From a virus, in IMG/VR virus record IMGVR_UViG_3300035670_000112, positions 23,418 through 87,417 of that record: 64,000 nt of DNA. One strand, given 5' to 3'. Below the pieces are notes generated by a model that was not told where the DNA came from, did not search any database, and saw only the letters and a list, made by a program, of their open reading frames with translations. Position numbers and translations under genes: made by a program. Each line of letters starts with the position of its first letter. Within the stretch, counting starts at the first letter, position 1. Positions 26,801 to 36,285 of the stretch are shown in pieces.

Positions 26801-28555
26801 GGTCATCCCTCCGAACTTGACACCTTTCAACGGTATCATGGAGAACATCGCCTTCGCCTTCTGAGAGAATTTCTCCCTGCCTGAAAGGAACTTGTCCTTT
26901 ACAGCCCATGATTCCACCTGTTCCTCATCTTCCTCCATTATGCCCACCTCATCGATGGCATCAGAGGTCTTTGAGGCATCAGACATGTCATAGGTCATGT
27001 TTATACCGTAGTACTTGAGGTATCTTGCCGCCTTTACGGACAGTTTCCTCATTGTAAGGGTACCGTCCGCATTGACAGTCCCTATGGAGTTGAGTGTGCG
27101 TTCAAGTACCTTTCTGTCACTCTCATTCCTCTTGAGTGCCATGGAGTTCTGAATGACCCTGTGAACATTGGCATACAGTCCATTCAATGACAATGCAGGG
27201 TTTCTGGTCCTCTTCCCTCTCTTTATGATCTCCTTTATCAGATCCGCATCTGAAAGGCTCTCCATACCGTAAAGACTTCTGTACTTGGGAAGTACGGTAT
27301 TTATGAGGATACCGTTCATCAGACGTTTCGCATACTCCTCCTCCCTTATGTTGAGATACGTGGTACTGTCCACAGACCTGAATCTTGTGACATCCCTTTT
27401 GAACTTCACTCCTCCGAATCTCTTCACGATGCCCTTATTGTACAGACCTCTGCTCACTCTGTACATGTAATCGTTCATGGACGCAGCACCTTTGATACCA
27501 GTGCGTTCAGCAAGGATGCTTATGATATGCCACAGTCTTCTGAAAAGATCGAGGACATTCTCTGGAAGACCCCTCTCTTCCTTTGCCTGTGACAGTTGAT
27601 ATTCCATGAAACGGTCTGCCCAGTATTCCTCAATACCTATGGCACCTTTTGCAAATCTCTCACCTGCATCTATTATGGAAGCACGTTCCACATCATTCAA
27701 GAGTGTATGGAATACAACGTGAAACGCCTCGTGATAGAGTGTACCGGTCTTTGCCTGCTGTGATATGAATACCGCTGAGTTCCTGAAAAGTCCCCATAGT
27801 TCTGGACTTGCCTTACCTGCAATGGATCTCAGATCAGCAAGTACTGTCAATGGTACACCTGGATAATTCTCCTTGAACCACTGTGTCTCCTTCTGTTCAT
27901 CCCACAGTTCATAGCTTCCGTCAGTATCAATCACCTCACGTGAACGTTCATCGATGTCCTCATCGAACTCCGATATCGTATCATTGAAATCAGGTATGTC
28001 ATCCGATGGAGTGGTCACATCGATGGTCGGACCAGTTTGTTCAAACGGTATCTCAGGTTCACCCTTTCTCTTCAATATGGCTCTCCCTACAGGACCTTCT
28101 GAGGATACCTCCTTTCCGTTGGATGCACCTTCAGGTGTTATGTTTATGATCCTTCCGTCCTCTGTAAGTGCATACACCTCACCATTGAATTCGAATTTCT
28201 CATAGCTCACATACTTTGATTTCAGATGTGCCTTGTTGATGAGTCTGATGTCCTTTACAGGGTCGAGTACTCTGCCGTTGTTGGTGAAGGACACCTCACC
28301 GTTCTCCATATTGACAGTGACATTGAACTTCTGTGTACCATCCTTGTCAATGGTCAGTCTCTTCACATTCTTTGAAGGTGCTGCCAGAGGAACGTTCACT
28401 GCAACAGGCTTGATCTGCCTTGCAGGCATGTCCTTTATAAGGGACCTCTTTATCCTTCCTGAGGATGCAAGTGTTTCCAATTCACCATCAAGAAGGAGTT
28501 TTGCAAACTCCTCAAAACTGTATCTTCTACCTCCGTAACTTATTACACAGCTCAT
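20879..28555 (-). CDS. virion RNA polymerase (crAss-like) with N-terminal zincin domain
   Basis: 2558 aa; YRIPTE and GLDFDIDKL metal-binding motif as in phi14:2 gp66-type RNAPs; LYHEAFH HExxH. Confidence 0.88.
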   Translation of the reverse strand: MSCVISYGGRRYSFEEFAKLLLDGELETLASSGRIKRSLIKDMPARQIKPVAVNVPLAAPSKNVKRLTIDKDGTQKFNVTVNMENGEVSFTNNGRVLDPVKDIRLINKAHLKSKYVSYEKFEFNGEVYALTEDGRIINITPEGASNGKEVSSEGPVGRAILKRKGEPEIPFEQTGPTIDVTTPSDDIPDFNDTISEFDEDIDERSREVIDTDGSYELWDEQKETQWFKENYPGVPLTVLADLRSIAGKASPELWGLFRNSAVFISQQAKTGTLYHEAFHVVFHTLLNDVERASIIDAGERFAKGAIGIEEYWADRFMEYQLSQAKEERGLPENVLDLFRRLWHIISILAERTGIKGAASMNDYMYRVSRGLYNKGIVKRFGGVKFKRDVTRFRSVDSTTYLNIREEEYAKRLMNGILINTVLPKYRSLYGMESLSDADLIKEIIKRGKRTRNPALSLNGLYANVHRVIQNSMALKRNESDRKVLERTLNSIGTVNADGTLTMRKLSVKAARYLKYYGINMTYDMSDASKTSDAIDEVGIMEEDEEQVESWAVKDKFLSGREKFSQKAKAMFSMIPLKGVKFGGMTVFENPSNVYNTIASKISGSPNVDTMLSRLDELVKLNPGYKVITTAMTQDPHVITEFWVNVAQRTFTPFFIVSNEKGRSKIFYANHRDMTRDMRKQWLQSFYDSKFYDPSTEKVSGDLSERISEFERLRDDYKRNINRDPLEKEGPISREDAQKVYNLMKLLNLPLTKREINMMFSIPDDQDAIPGGKRRFVESFAPNIIYYMKRIQTGNNPFVSTIDNDKALNSILKVYQEVFPQAYQHSFRSGAGEMIYSLLQSRFMQNLRGNISTVDNATRMATIDSYMEDPFYSTSPFFRMMMDRDVAMSMELGVMDSLKSEKRRKGTEYSELTGQELEAFRINAYFNIADDATSPKSNGIFLMPILSDSTSAALIKIKKMDIDESRQAIIDSALQEWNRIKWLRSRIQPVKQEYNTWLKDQKDSKKSYSEKARIPEQLNDIPVNMLLNGLYFQVFRSLNENIKDLKDDQQVIDAVGAEIPKIIESELKSLYTERILAEENGTIFDNTGLIDSRFMDPESFDRNISSYLHNSLAMNLQTLFTFGGDPAFYKSRDSRVDYTDVFKRIKEIWSPGDYMNAHQSNMFTSRDGNIVRIAPEYSVLYVNDPADISDVVSDGIRNIERIHRDNPDRESIVKAFSELNETDAATIIDPIRAMQLELGFNGLNEEKYEFYTGLVNGDPMRHIGSRHIHQPIKPFQFLHSRTIDPVTGHVRINPVQHKNSETLITPAMAVGSPKLEAMMSKFGYVFKADGTWTYDPSKRITDSIMFTSAVKVGKFKAVDSIEAAVKEDVHRFRNADYRRQQLTPEHHLDTNILEGTQYRKLVVENVDPFHTYMLNGVPTEGAEILRLYNEALYRNVQESYDELKKLFTDADGNPDNTKIVEALRQQAIENEKPDDLLTALDWATAHQGYYVEKDGELVRSENTTVLPLWHPSIAYDVETMMNSFFKNRVTKQKTNKGAGASLYNATSYGFEKGSEKGYRKPEIKWSEDGRSIEYFEAILPVTLSSLERYADKNGIIDISKIEGVDPDILKAVFYRIPTEHKYSMFHIKIIGFLPQGVGGQIILPEEATKIAGLDFDIDKLYGILYNIEEYSSEVEGAEERFQSYISTMQWSSKLKRDIVRKEIPDFDELRSRREFANKEGIAFDEDTGTFRKYSLRKVPSGMETKASRDNLKLDIAFSVLSDARTAKEITTPGGFETLKALVKEVSPKKTEKDSMGTDTLNPLLNSTSREVFERNMTGNGLIGIFANHVSNQALVMQGNVTLKYPLKFNGMEKISLSGKDEGTTFDDLVKLKEFLAAAVDNGKDPVASFLNITMVTADMIATLVRMGFGLEASVLFFNTPQVIRATKGARSVDRLDLSGMDDITDEYIRRRGRAAYDEMVNYLSTKALKFDPTTRTGSIMDLVKMGEKDVSAMTDLELVNSLAVYRLLKRVAEVSTGVVAPMTRAMRYDSIKNAAGPTVAHTLSKLDDVDTILNAEELGIVYGVRELLSMVESNPIRWSAAFRERGLEASLADIYNSTGIPYTDRYGESIYHTVKNAMKASLPLGQRIQPETVNLMHYAISSALASSFGPFRASEFQRVINDTPTAITTFMNENPESPYIPLLKYLNVIPSENVSGMKVIRMNRTGIDATQMQSIKMEFLSMLRDVDPKVSSLANDIAAYSIFATGFVTSPSKLSDILPTMYWAELKDDNGIYFTQYMENQFNRNMFDDERSVNISKEISSQIIRNMYRSLPFIKYFDTSNADSIFMVSEGVTYVKVPLNKVNNTEKQPLEFIRTVLKTKGQMRSALMVFHSIERDDAIYREVPLLGSNNEFLEFNYDNAMSDTMTYTQIVSTRKPSATPTRIKDRAVKPVDAAEAVLTISDILPGFDIDSIAPLEGAMISHPLFKSIQGLSPEQLQQLRERIGSGKNVKSMFEKIMELKESKVPVTTKKVSADVTLTSVSNEDIDMMIMEENNITQEEFNALPDETKEMMRNQKRTCQ

Positions 28556-29052
28556 GCGAACAACTTTTTCTCAAGCAATAGTAGATTCGTCTTTGTAGGT
28601 TCCACCCCCTCCAACATATTCAACATGTCCGAGTATTCTGCAACCGACTCTCTCTGAATGGTTCTGAAATGCTGTAAGAAATCGAATGTGCACAGATCTG
28701 GGAACTCGAATATCTTCATACTGATATCCTCATACTTCTCATACAGATCGTATTCAAGGTCATATGATTTCTCTATCACATCGATGAGAGAGGAGAACAT
28801 CGGAGGAGCAGGGATGATACTGAGATCAGGAAGTACGTTCCAATCGACCACATAGTCCTGTAACTTCTTTGCATGTTCGGTCTCTGCCACTGCCTCATTC
28901 TCGAAGAACTCAGCAGCCTTGAAGAATGCCTTATCTCTGCACCAGTTGGCTGCTGCTCTGTAAAAATAGAATGCAGTATATTCATCCTTTATACGTGGTA
29001 CGATCAGTTCTACCACTGCTTTCGGTAATTGTATCGGTTTTTTCATGGACAT
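28552..29052 (-). CDS. ftnA: ferritin
   Basis: DEYTAFYFY...AEFF...ETEHAKKL...LE...FLQHF...QRE ferroxidase pattern, 166 aa. Confidence 0.85.
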   Translation of the reverse strand: MSMKKPIQLPKAVVELIVPRIKDEYTAFYFYRAAANWCRDKAFFKAAEFFENEAVAETEHAKKLQDYVVDWNVLPDLSIIPAPPMFSSLIDVIEKSYDLEYDLYEKYEDISMKIFEFPDLCTFDFLQHFRTIQRESVAEYSDMLNMLEGVEPTKTNLLLLEKKLFA

Positions 29053-32000
29053 GTTCCTTCAAGGGTCACATCAAGTGCCTTGTATATCTTTTTCGTGTTA
29101 TTGATGATGAATGCTATGGAAGGGTCTGTACCCATTATCTCAGCTATCCTGTTGTTCAATTCCTGTTTCCTTGTTCTGTCCGATGTCTTCTTCATCTGTG
29201 CGTAAAGATCAGATATCTCTTTGAAAGATGCAAGTAACGGATCTTCAGTTGTAATTAGATCTGTAGCAACTTCTGCTTTAGCATCTGTAGTAACAGACGG
29301 TTGAGACCTCTGTCTCTCAAACTCAGCGGATTCATCATATTCTATATAAGGGACCGAGTCTATCTTCATTATGACAGACGTGTTAAGAAAAGGAGTGGAT
29401 GGATCCATATTGACAGTGAACCATCCTTTGGTGGACAATGTCCTGTTGTATCCCTGTCTGTTGATCTTGTTCACATCGGATCTCATAACCTTATCAGCTG
29501 CCCTGTTCTTCGCAGTTTCCCTTGTAAGTGGGGGAGATATCACTTCAACCCCTCCCTCCTTTGAGTCCTTCACTTCAACCATGGTATTCGAATTGAGGTC
29601 GAGTCTCAATTTGAAATGCACGTATGACATCAGCAATGTATTGGCCCTTCTCATCTCCTCAAAGAACTCTGATACATCGGATCTGTCGGTCTTCTCGAAC
29701 AGATCGAATATCCTGTCTATCTCCCTGTTCACCTTCATCATCTCATCAGGATGTGATGACAGTGTGGAGTTTCCCATTCTTATAGGCACATAGACACCAT
29801 TAGTGGAACGTATGAACATTATTGTTGCACCAAGATGGTTCAGAAGATGAGAGGCGGCCTGTCTGTCATAGGTGAAGTTCTCATCGATGTTCTCTGCACC
29901 GTCAGTAAGTATCTTGACCTGTCCGTCAATGTCCTTGTCTACAACTCCCATTATAAAGTCTTTGCTCACAAGATGTGGAGGTACGCTGGGATGACTGAAC
30001 GATGAATTGTATTTCGGTGCAGTCCTGTTGGATATCCTTACGGTATCTATGGATGATACGAATACTCCTTCCTTCATACCTGAGTTCCTCATCTCATTGT
30101 AGATGGATTCCCTCAATCTTCTTACGCTGTCATTGACAGATGCCTTTGAAGTGTCCTTCAACCTTCCCAATTTGACCTCTCGCTTTACCCCATCGACCTC
30201 TATCTCAGTACTTACTATGATCTGAAGGTTGTTCTTTCCTGTGGTCTCCCTGCGATTCCAGTCCTCATTGGTTATCACTGAGAATCTCAATGGTGCTCCC
30301 ACCATATTGATGTTCGGATCATTGAGTATACGGATCTCCTCTTCGGACTGAAGAGGGAATTTCACTCCGTCCATGCTGACAGTATTATAGTCATTGGGTA
30401 CAGGCAGTCCGTCCTTTGTGAACAACACCCTGTTATTGCCTTTTATCGGAGAGGCGAACCTTTCCTTGAACTCCTGTAAAGTGAGTGAACGTACTCCGCT
30501 CAGACCCTTTATGGTGACAGTATCATCAGGCTGAATCGTATACATGGCATACTGATTGCTCTGAACTATGGTATTCACCTCATCATGTTCCAATGGAGAG
30601 GTTGTCTGTGATTCCTGTGCATCCACACTGCTCTCACTCTCAATGGGGTCCTGTGTCTGAAACTGTCCATTCCTAAGATCCGTCTCCTGTGTCTCTGACA
30701 GTTTTGTCTTGTCCTTCATAAGACCTATGAAGGCATCCCTTACTTCACGATTATTAGTGTACAGATTGTAGAACTCCTCTACATCCTTTACAGCATCGAC
30801 CTTCTTACGGGCATTGTCCTTTCCAGTCAATGCCTTCTTGAGTTCCTGAAGCTCTGAATAGAACAGTACGGTGTTCGAGTATCTGCGTTTCATGGTATTC
30901 TCAAGATCGGCAGCACCGTATACTGGTACAGGCAATGTCTTCTCTCCCTGCTCCCTTATCGAACGCAGCTTCTCCTTCAATGGGGAATCCTTATCACCCC
31001 ATGTGGGAAGTCTGTCCATGGACATCATATTCTTCAGGGCACTCAGTGACATGTCTGGAGTGATCGCGTTGAGATATTCCTCAACCTCCCTGTTCTTTGC
31101 AGTCTCCTCTATCTCCTTCATGCCCTCCTCAGAGTATACTGCTGACAGATTCCTCTGATTCTCCTTCTGCTTCACCTCATTGTGTGTAGCAGCCTCTACG
31201 GCCATCGCTATGTTCGGATCGTGAGACGTTATAGGGTCTATGATGTCCCTGTTCTGTGCCTTTGCATTCTGCTCCATCTCTCCGATACGCTTGGATATTT
31301 CCGAGATGTCACTGTCAATACTGTCAAGTACCTTCTTCTTTCCAGTCTTCTCTGTGACCTGAGCATCATACATCGCTCTGTAACGTTGCAGTGATGCCAG
31401 TTTGAGCTTTGCCTTCTTGTATTCCAACTGCTCTGGTGTAAGTATGGAAAGAGCATTCTGATCTATGGCAGATGTCTTTTCCGCAATGTCCTTTGCAGCC
31501 TGTGCATTCAATCTCTGTTGATAGAGTGATGCAAGTTCCCTATGTTTGACGGCAGATGATTTTGAGGAATCGTTCATTATACGGGAATACTCCTCCCCTA
31601 TGAAATCGATGTCTGAAAGTATCTCCCTGTCACGTTTTCTCTTGTCTGCGATATCACCTTCGGACATTCCAGCGGCAGCAAGCTGTTCATCCGTCATATT
31701 GGAATGTGACTCGTAGAAGTCCCTAAGGTCCATCAACCTTCCTTCCCTTGCATACATGAGCGATTGATCCAACAGCAATGCACCGTCTATGGTATGTGCA
31801 GTGGTCATATCGAACTTGTCAAGACTTGCCCGTTTTGCAAGGTCAGCGGATCTCATATCATCCTGTCCCCTCAATCTGCTGTAAAGGGAAGGCAGATTAC
31901 CTACAGCCTGGAATACACCTCCACCGACAGCTCCGAGGAATGTTGCAGCATGCATCTCAGGATCACGGATGTAATCCTCCATTCGGTCACCGAACTCTGA

Positions 32001-33089
32001 AAGTTCCATGAAGTCCTTGCCTGAACGTGCTGCCTGCTGTGATTCCTTGGATATAACATATTGCAGACTCTCCTCAAGTCCTTCACTGGCGATACCTTTG
32101 ACATAATCCATCCCTATCTTTGCAAGGGATTCCCTGTTCGCTCTGGATGCAGCGGATGCTATGTTCGGACCCTTTGAGAGTATGCTGTATTGGAATATGT
32201 CCTGAGCAAGGTTGATCCAGTTGGCCTTCCATGTGTCAGCAGCAGCCTTTCCAGCACGTTGTTTCGCCTCCTCATCATTGATCCCCCTTGAGAGAAGATC
32301 CTGATAGGTGGAGTCATAGGTCTCCCTTGCCTCCATGGTACTCTCAATATGTCTTGATATGACACCTGAGGACACTACGGACATTGCCTGTGCAGCCTTT
32401 TCACCGTAAACGATCCTGTTGGCAGCCTGCAATGCAAGTGATGATCTTCTCGTGGCATTCGCAACCTTTGTCGTCTGAAGAAGTCCCCTTGCGGCACCTC
32501 CTGCCATCGATAGTCCCTTGCCTATTGCACCTACAGGTATCATTATGGAGAGAGTACTTGCAATGGATTCAGCATTGCTTGCCCACCATGTACCGTCACC
32601 TGGTGAGAATCCCTGCTGTCCCTCCTCCGTACGGTATATCGGTGTAGCCTCCGCTATGGATTCCTTACCTTTCTCCATGAGGTCTGCGAACCAGTTACCG
32701 TAATCCTTCTCTCCCTGATCTACAAGGATACCAGCATTCTCAAGGTCTGCAAAGTATGACAGTCCCTGAGCACCTCCTAAAATGACCTCCCCTGCACCTC
32801 TTGCAATGGTGTTCTTGAAAAGATCGAATGCAGATTGACTCTTCTCAAGCTGTGCCTCTATAGGCTTTGATGCATATATCGGTCGGTTGAGCTCAGCAGG
32901 ATCGATGTCGAACCCTGTCTCCACAGGTGTTCCTATCAACGATGTGTCAGGTGAAGGTGCAGTAGGTCTTGCAACCCTTCTTATGCGTGTATCTGGCTGT
33001 ACATCAGCCTCAGGAAGATTGTTCCTATCAAGCTGTACCTGAGTATCCAGTCGTGGAGTACCAGGTCTTGTGATCCTCATTCCTCTCAT
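29043..33089 (-). CDS. large virion cargo (injected) protein
   Basis: 1348 aa with Gly/Ala-rich hydrophobic segments (EGLEESLQ, FLGAVGGGVF); position in the RNAP cluster. Confidence 0.65.
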   Translation of the reverse strand: MRGMRITRPGTPRLDTQVQLDRNNLPEADVQPDTRIRRVARPTAPSPDTSLIGTPVETGFDIDPAELNRPIYASKPIEAQLEKSQSAFDLFKNTIARGAGEVILGGAQGLSYFADLENAGILVDQGEKDYGNWFADLMEKGKESIAEATPIYRTEEGQQGFSPGDGTWWASNAESIASTLSIMIPVGAIGKGLSMAGGAARGLLQTTKVANATRRSSLALQAANRIVYGEKAAQAMSVVSSGVISRHIESTMEARETYDSTYQDLLSRGINDEEAKQRAGKAAADTWKANWINLAQDIFQYSILSKGPNIASAASRANRESLAKIGMDYVKGIASEGLEESLQYVISKESQQAARSGKDFMELSEFGDRMEDYIRDPEMHAATFLGAVGGGVFQAVGNLPSLYSRLRGQDDMRSADLAKRASLDKFDMTTAHTIDGALLLDQSLMYAREGRLMDLRDFYESHSNMTDEQLAAAGMSEGDIADKRKRDREILSDIDFIGEEYSRIMNDSSKSSAVKHRELASLYQQRLNAQAAKDIAEKTSAIDQNALSILTPEQLEYKKAKLKLASLQRYRAMYDAQVTEKTGKKKVLDSIDSDISEISKRIGEMEQNAKAQNRDIIDPITSHDPNIAMAVEAATHNEVKQKENQRNLSAVYSEEGMKEIEETAKNREVEEYLNAITPDMSLSALKNMMSMDRLPTWGDKDSPLKEKLRSIREQGEKTLPVPVYGAADLENTMKRRYSNTVLFYSELQELKKALTGKDNARKKVDAVKDVEEFYNLYTNNREVRDAFIGLMKDKTKLSETQETDLRNGQFQTQDPIESESSVDAQESQTTSPLEHDEVNTIVQSNQYAMYTIQPDDTVTIKGLSGVRSLTLQEFKERFASPIKGNNRVLFTKDGLPVPNDYNTVSMDGVKFPLQSEEEIRILNDPNINMVGAPLRFSVITNEDWNRRETTGKNNLQIIVSTEIEVDGVKREVKLGRLKDTSKASVNDSVRRLRESIYNEMRNSGMKEGVFVSSIDTVRISNRTAPKYNSSFSHPSVPPHLVSKDFIMGVVDKDIDGQVKILTDGAENIDENFTYDRQAASHLLNHLGATIMFIRSTNGVYVPIRMGNSTLSSHPDEMMKVNREIDRIFDLFEKTDRSDVSEFFEEMRRANTLLMSYVHFKLRLDLNSNTMVEVKDSKEGGVEVISPPLTRETAKNRAADKVMRSDVNKINRQGYNRTLSTKGWFTVNMDPSTPFLNTSVIMKIDSVPYIEYDESAEFERQRSQPSVTTDAKAEVATDLITTEDPLLASFKEISDLYAQMKKTSDRTRKQELNNRIAEIMGTDPSIAFIINNTKKIYKALDVTLEGTCP

Positions 33090-36000
33090 TTATTGAGATT
33101 TGCATTCATGTAACTAGGGTCACCTCCAGAGGTTGCCTTCATTACAGCTATGGCGTACATCCAATCCTTGAGACCGCTTGCATTGTAGTCGGATCTTGGT
33201 GCCTGCAATCCCTTGGACAGTCTATAACCCTTCATTGTGGCATCATTGAACATGTTGAATGTATTCTCCACCACTGACAGATCAAGGTCGAGTGTATCTG
33301 CAATACTTCTCATGACATCCCTGTTCTTCTGTGAAAGCAGTGAAGGACTGTAATTGGCCGCTATGGCCTTCAGTTTGCTCACATTGCTCTTCAGTTCAGG
33401 ATCATCCGATCTTACAACTCCCCAGTTGTTCCACGATTCCTTGGTATTTGCAACCACACGTGCTGCAAGCTGCATGTTCTCCTCAGGTGACATCGCTGAA
33501 GGATGTTTAGGTGACTCTCCAGAGGAGATGAAACCTACTGCCTGCTGTATGTTCCCACCGTTGTTCTGATAGAACTTCCTGTCATTGAGTCCGAACAGTC
33601 CGTTGTCAAAACTCTCTATGTCCTTCTTTGAACCTATCTGCCCTGAGGATATCATGGCATTCACAGTATTGTCGTATGCAGGAGGAATGAACAGTTCGTT
33701 ACTCTGTTCTGTCAACCTTGTCTGTGAGTGGAAATACTCAAGGTCTGGAAGAGCGTTCGCAATGATCTCCTTTGCAGTTGACATCGGAATGTTCTTGAAC
33801 TGCATCTGTTGATCGGAAGGAAGTTCACTGATATTCTTGACCTCCCCGTACTCCACACCGTCACTGTCAGCCTTCCATACTACCACAGGTCCTGACAATG
33901 AGATGGTACCATTCGGATTCTTATGGGCTTCAAATGAGCCTCCGAGATCTGTGGCCTTCTCCTTATCAAGGAACTGCACATATTCTGCTGCATCGAGTGT
34001 CACCAGTTTATCAGCAATGCCGTCCATGAATGACAGTCTTGCCCTCTCATCGGCAGAGAACATCCTGTTCTGTGAAACAAGGTCCGTCACATCTATGTTG
34101 AAGGGTTTGAGGGTACTGTAGGTTGCCCCATTCTCCGTCATCTCATAGTTACCTCTCACATATGCCTTGTATCCCTCACCGCTGAAATCGAACCAGAGTG
34201 TCTTAGGATTGAATGTACTTCCAGCCATGAACTGCTTCTTCATATCATCAGTCATCGATGATGGTAGATTGTTCTCAATGGATTCCTCAAGATTCTCAAC
34301 ACTTCTACCATCGATGGAAACGAATGCAGACTCGGAATCCCTTGAACGGTCCACTGATATGTCTGCAAGTTCCTGATGCAATGGGTTTGCAGTTATGTCC
34401 GTCTTCTCAGTACCTTTCAGTTTAAGATTGATGCCCCTTGATGCGAATGTCCTTGAACCGTATGCATTCTTCAGATCCTGATCGAGTTGATCGAACAGTC
34501 TGCCTCTGGACGTATCCTTTATTCTTGCCTTGTTCTCCTTTTTCATATACTGATCAGCATAGTGATCTGCAGACATGGGCAGATTCTTTGACAATAACAG
34601 TTCCTGAGGGTTAAACACTCCGCTCATTGAAGGGTCTGAGTTCAAAGTGACCTTCTTGAGTTCTTCCTGTACCTTGGCTATATTGTTGCTCAGTTTCATA
34701 TTGTCCACACTTCCATCCTCATTCAATACTGAGGCGATATTGGGAAGATACTGTTTCATCCACTTGTCTCGGGTCTCCGCAGATGATAACAGTATGGAAG
34801 GAGGGGATACCTGACCTACCTTGAATCCTGTGGTGGACAACATGTTTGAGATGATATACCCATAGGATTCCGCCATGTTGGCCTGTCCAGCCTGTTCCTC
34901 AGGGGTCATCACTGGAAGCCCGTCATCCCCTATCTCAACATTCTTAGGCAGAGTGTTCAGTGATTTTGCATAGATGGCTCTGAAGTTGTCAAGTGCATCC
35001 ATCTTTGCATCAACCTCTCTGGAAGCAAGTGCCTCAAGTTCGGTAGGTGAATATACAGGTTCCACCACACGGACACCGTTCACTATCTTATACTTTCCAG
35101 TATTGGCACTCGGTTGCAACTTCTTCTTTGCAGCCTCCATGAGTTCCTGACGTACTGTCGCTCTTGACTGTGCATCCCAATCGGACTTCAATACTCCACG
35201 CTGTGATGCCCATGATACGAATGCATCATTACTGGTATTCCCTGTAATGAAGTCTGCAAATCCCCCTTCACCGCTGATACCCTTCTCGGCTATCTTGGAT
35301 GACAGTTCATTGTCCTTGATGTCTATCTCCGTAGTGGAATAATGTCCCTGTTGATCACCGAATATACTGTATCTTGAAGGTTGTGCTGGAGGAGCTACGG
35401 ACTGCTGTCCCCCCGACAGTGCCGCTGAATCCACATTTCCTTGAAAGTACGTGTATCTCTGAGCATCCGTATAGAAGTCATTGATAAGGTCTGGAAGGAA
35501 ATAGTTCCCTCCGTTCTCAGCCTTCTTGAACTCTATGTGCTTTGCAAGTGTGGGATCCGTCTGTCTATATTGATCGAGATTATACCCGTCCGAACTCAGC
35601 TGCTGCAATGAGGGTAACAGTTTCTCTGAGATGAGATCCATTGTGACCGCCTTACCCTTATAGGTGTAGTACGAACCTTTACCGTCAGGCCTCGTTTCCA
35701 ACTCTCTGCTATTGTTTATCTCTGCCTCAAGGGGTTCATGTAACCATTTGAATGATTCATGCTGTCCAGGTGTGGACAGTAGATTGTAATCCTCAGGATT
35801 CACCGCTATTCCCGCAGATATCTGTTCAGGGGTCAGTCCGAGAACGAACTCCCTTGAATTGGGATCGTATTTCTGATAGAGAGTACTTGTACCGTAATCT
35901 GGTTCAGCCATATTCTTGAGAATGAGTTCAGACAGTGCCCTGTCACTCTCAACGAATCTCACCCTCGGGTCGGATGCCCATTCAGACTGCAGTTTTGAGA

Positions 36001-36283
36001 TGCTGTACATCGCATTGCGCGTGTCACCCTCTCTGACCTTCATGGCTATCTCATCAAGCTGCTGTTTCCTTTCCTTGTTTATCTGTGCAGCGGTCTCCCT
36101 GCTCTCCCTTGAGAGTCCTGGTGATACTGTAAGTCCTGCCTCTGCCTTTCCGAGAAGTGCCTGCATCTGATCAGTACGCTGTTGCTTGTACTGTGCAAGT
36201 TGGAACATCTTCTCGAACGGATAGGGGTCATACACCTGAGCAAACTCTGCTGGAGTGTACTGTACGAATCTTCCTACTGGCAT
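33086..36283 (-). CDS. virion cargo protein with C-terminal lysozyme/SLT-like region
   Basis: N-terminal YDPYPFE motif; C-terminal DNGLFGLN...PEENMQLA...WNNW. Confidence 0.6.
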   Translation of the reverse strand: MPVGRFVQYTPAEFAQVYDPYPFEKMFQLAQYKQQRTDQMQALLGKAEAGLTVSPGLSRESRETAAQINKERKQQLDEIAMKVREGDTRNAMYSISKLQSEWASDPRVRFVESDRALSELILKNMAEPDYGTSTLYQKYDPNSREFVLGLTPEQISAGIAVNPEDYNLLSTPGQHESFKWLHEPLEAEINNSRELETRPDGKGSYYTYKGKAVTMDLISEKLLPSLQQLSSDGYNLDQYRQTDPTLAKHIEFKKAENGGNYFLPDLINDFYTDAQRYTYFQGNVDSAALSGGQQSVAPPAQPSRYSIFGDQQGHYSTTEIDIKDNELSSKIAEKGISGEGGFADFITGNTSNDAFVSWASQRGVLKSDWDAQSRATVRQELMEAAKKKLQPSANTGKYKIVNGVRVVEPVYSPTELEALASREVDAKMDALDNFRAIYAKSLNTLPKNVEIGDDGLPVMTPEEQAGQANMAESYGYIISNMLSTTGFKVGQVSPPSILLSSAETRDKWMKQYLPNIASVLNEDGSVDNMKLSNNIAKVQEELKKVTLNSDPSMSGVFNPQELLLSKNLPMSADHYADQYMKKENKARIKDTSRGRLFDQLDQDLKNAYGSRTFASRGINLKLKGTEKTDITANPLHQELADISVDRSRDSESAFVSIDGRSVENLEESIENNLPSSMTDDMKKQFMAGSTFNPKTLWFDFSGEGYKAYVRGNYEMTENGATYSTLKPFNIDVTDLVSQNRMFSADERARLSFMDGIADKLVTLDAAEYVQFLDKEKATDLGGSFEAHKNPNGTISLSGPVVVWKADSDGVEYGEVKNISELPSDQQMQFKNIPMSTAKEIIANALPDLEYFHSQTRLTEQSNELFIPPAYDNTVNAMISSGQIGSKKDIESFDNGLFGLNDRKFYQNNGGNIQQAVGFISSGESPKHPSAMSPEENMQLAARVVANTKESWNNWGVVRSDDPELKSNVSKLKAIAANYSPSLLSQKNRDVMRSIADTLDLDLSVVENTFNMFNDATMKGYRLSKGLQAPRSDYNASGLKDWMYAIAVMKATSGGDPSYMNANLNK

Positions 36284-36285
36284 CT

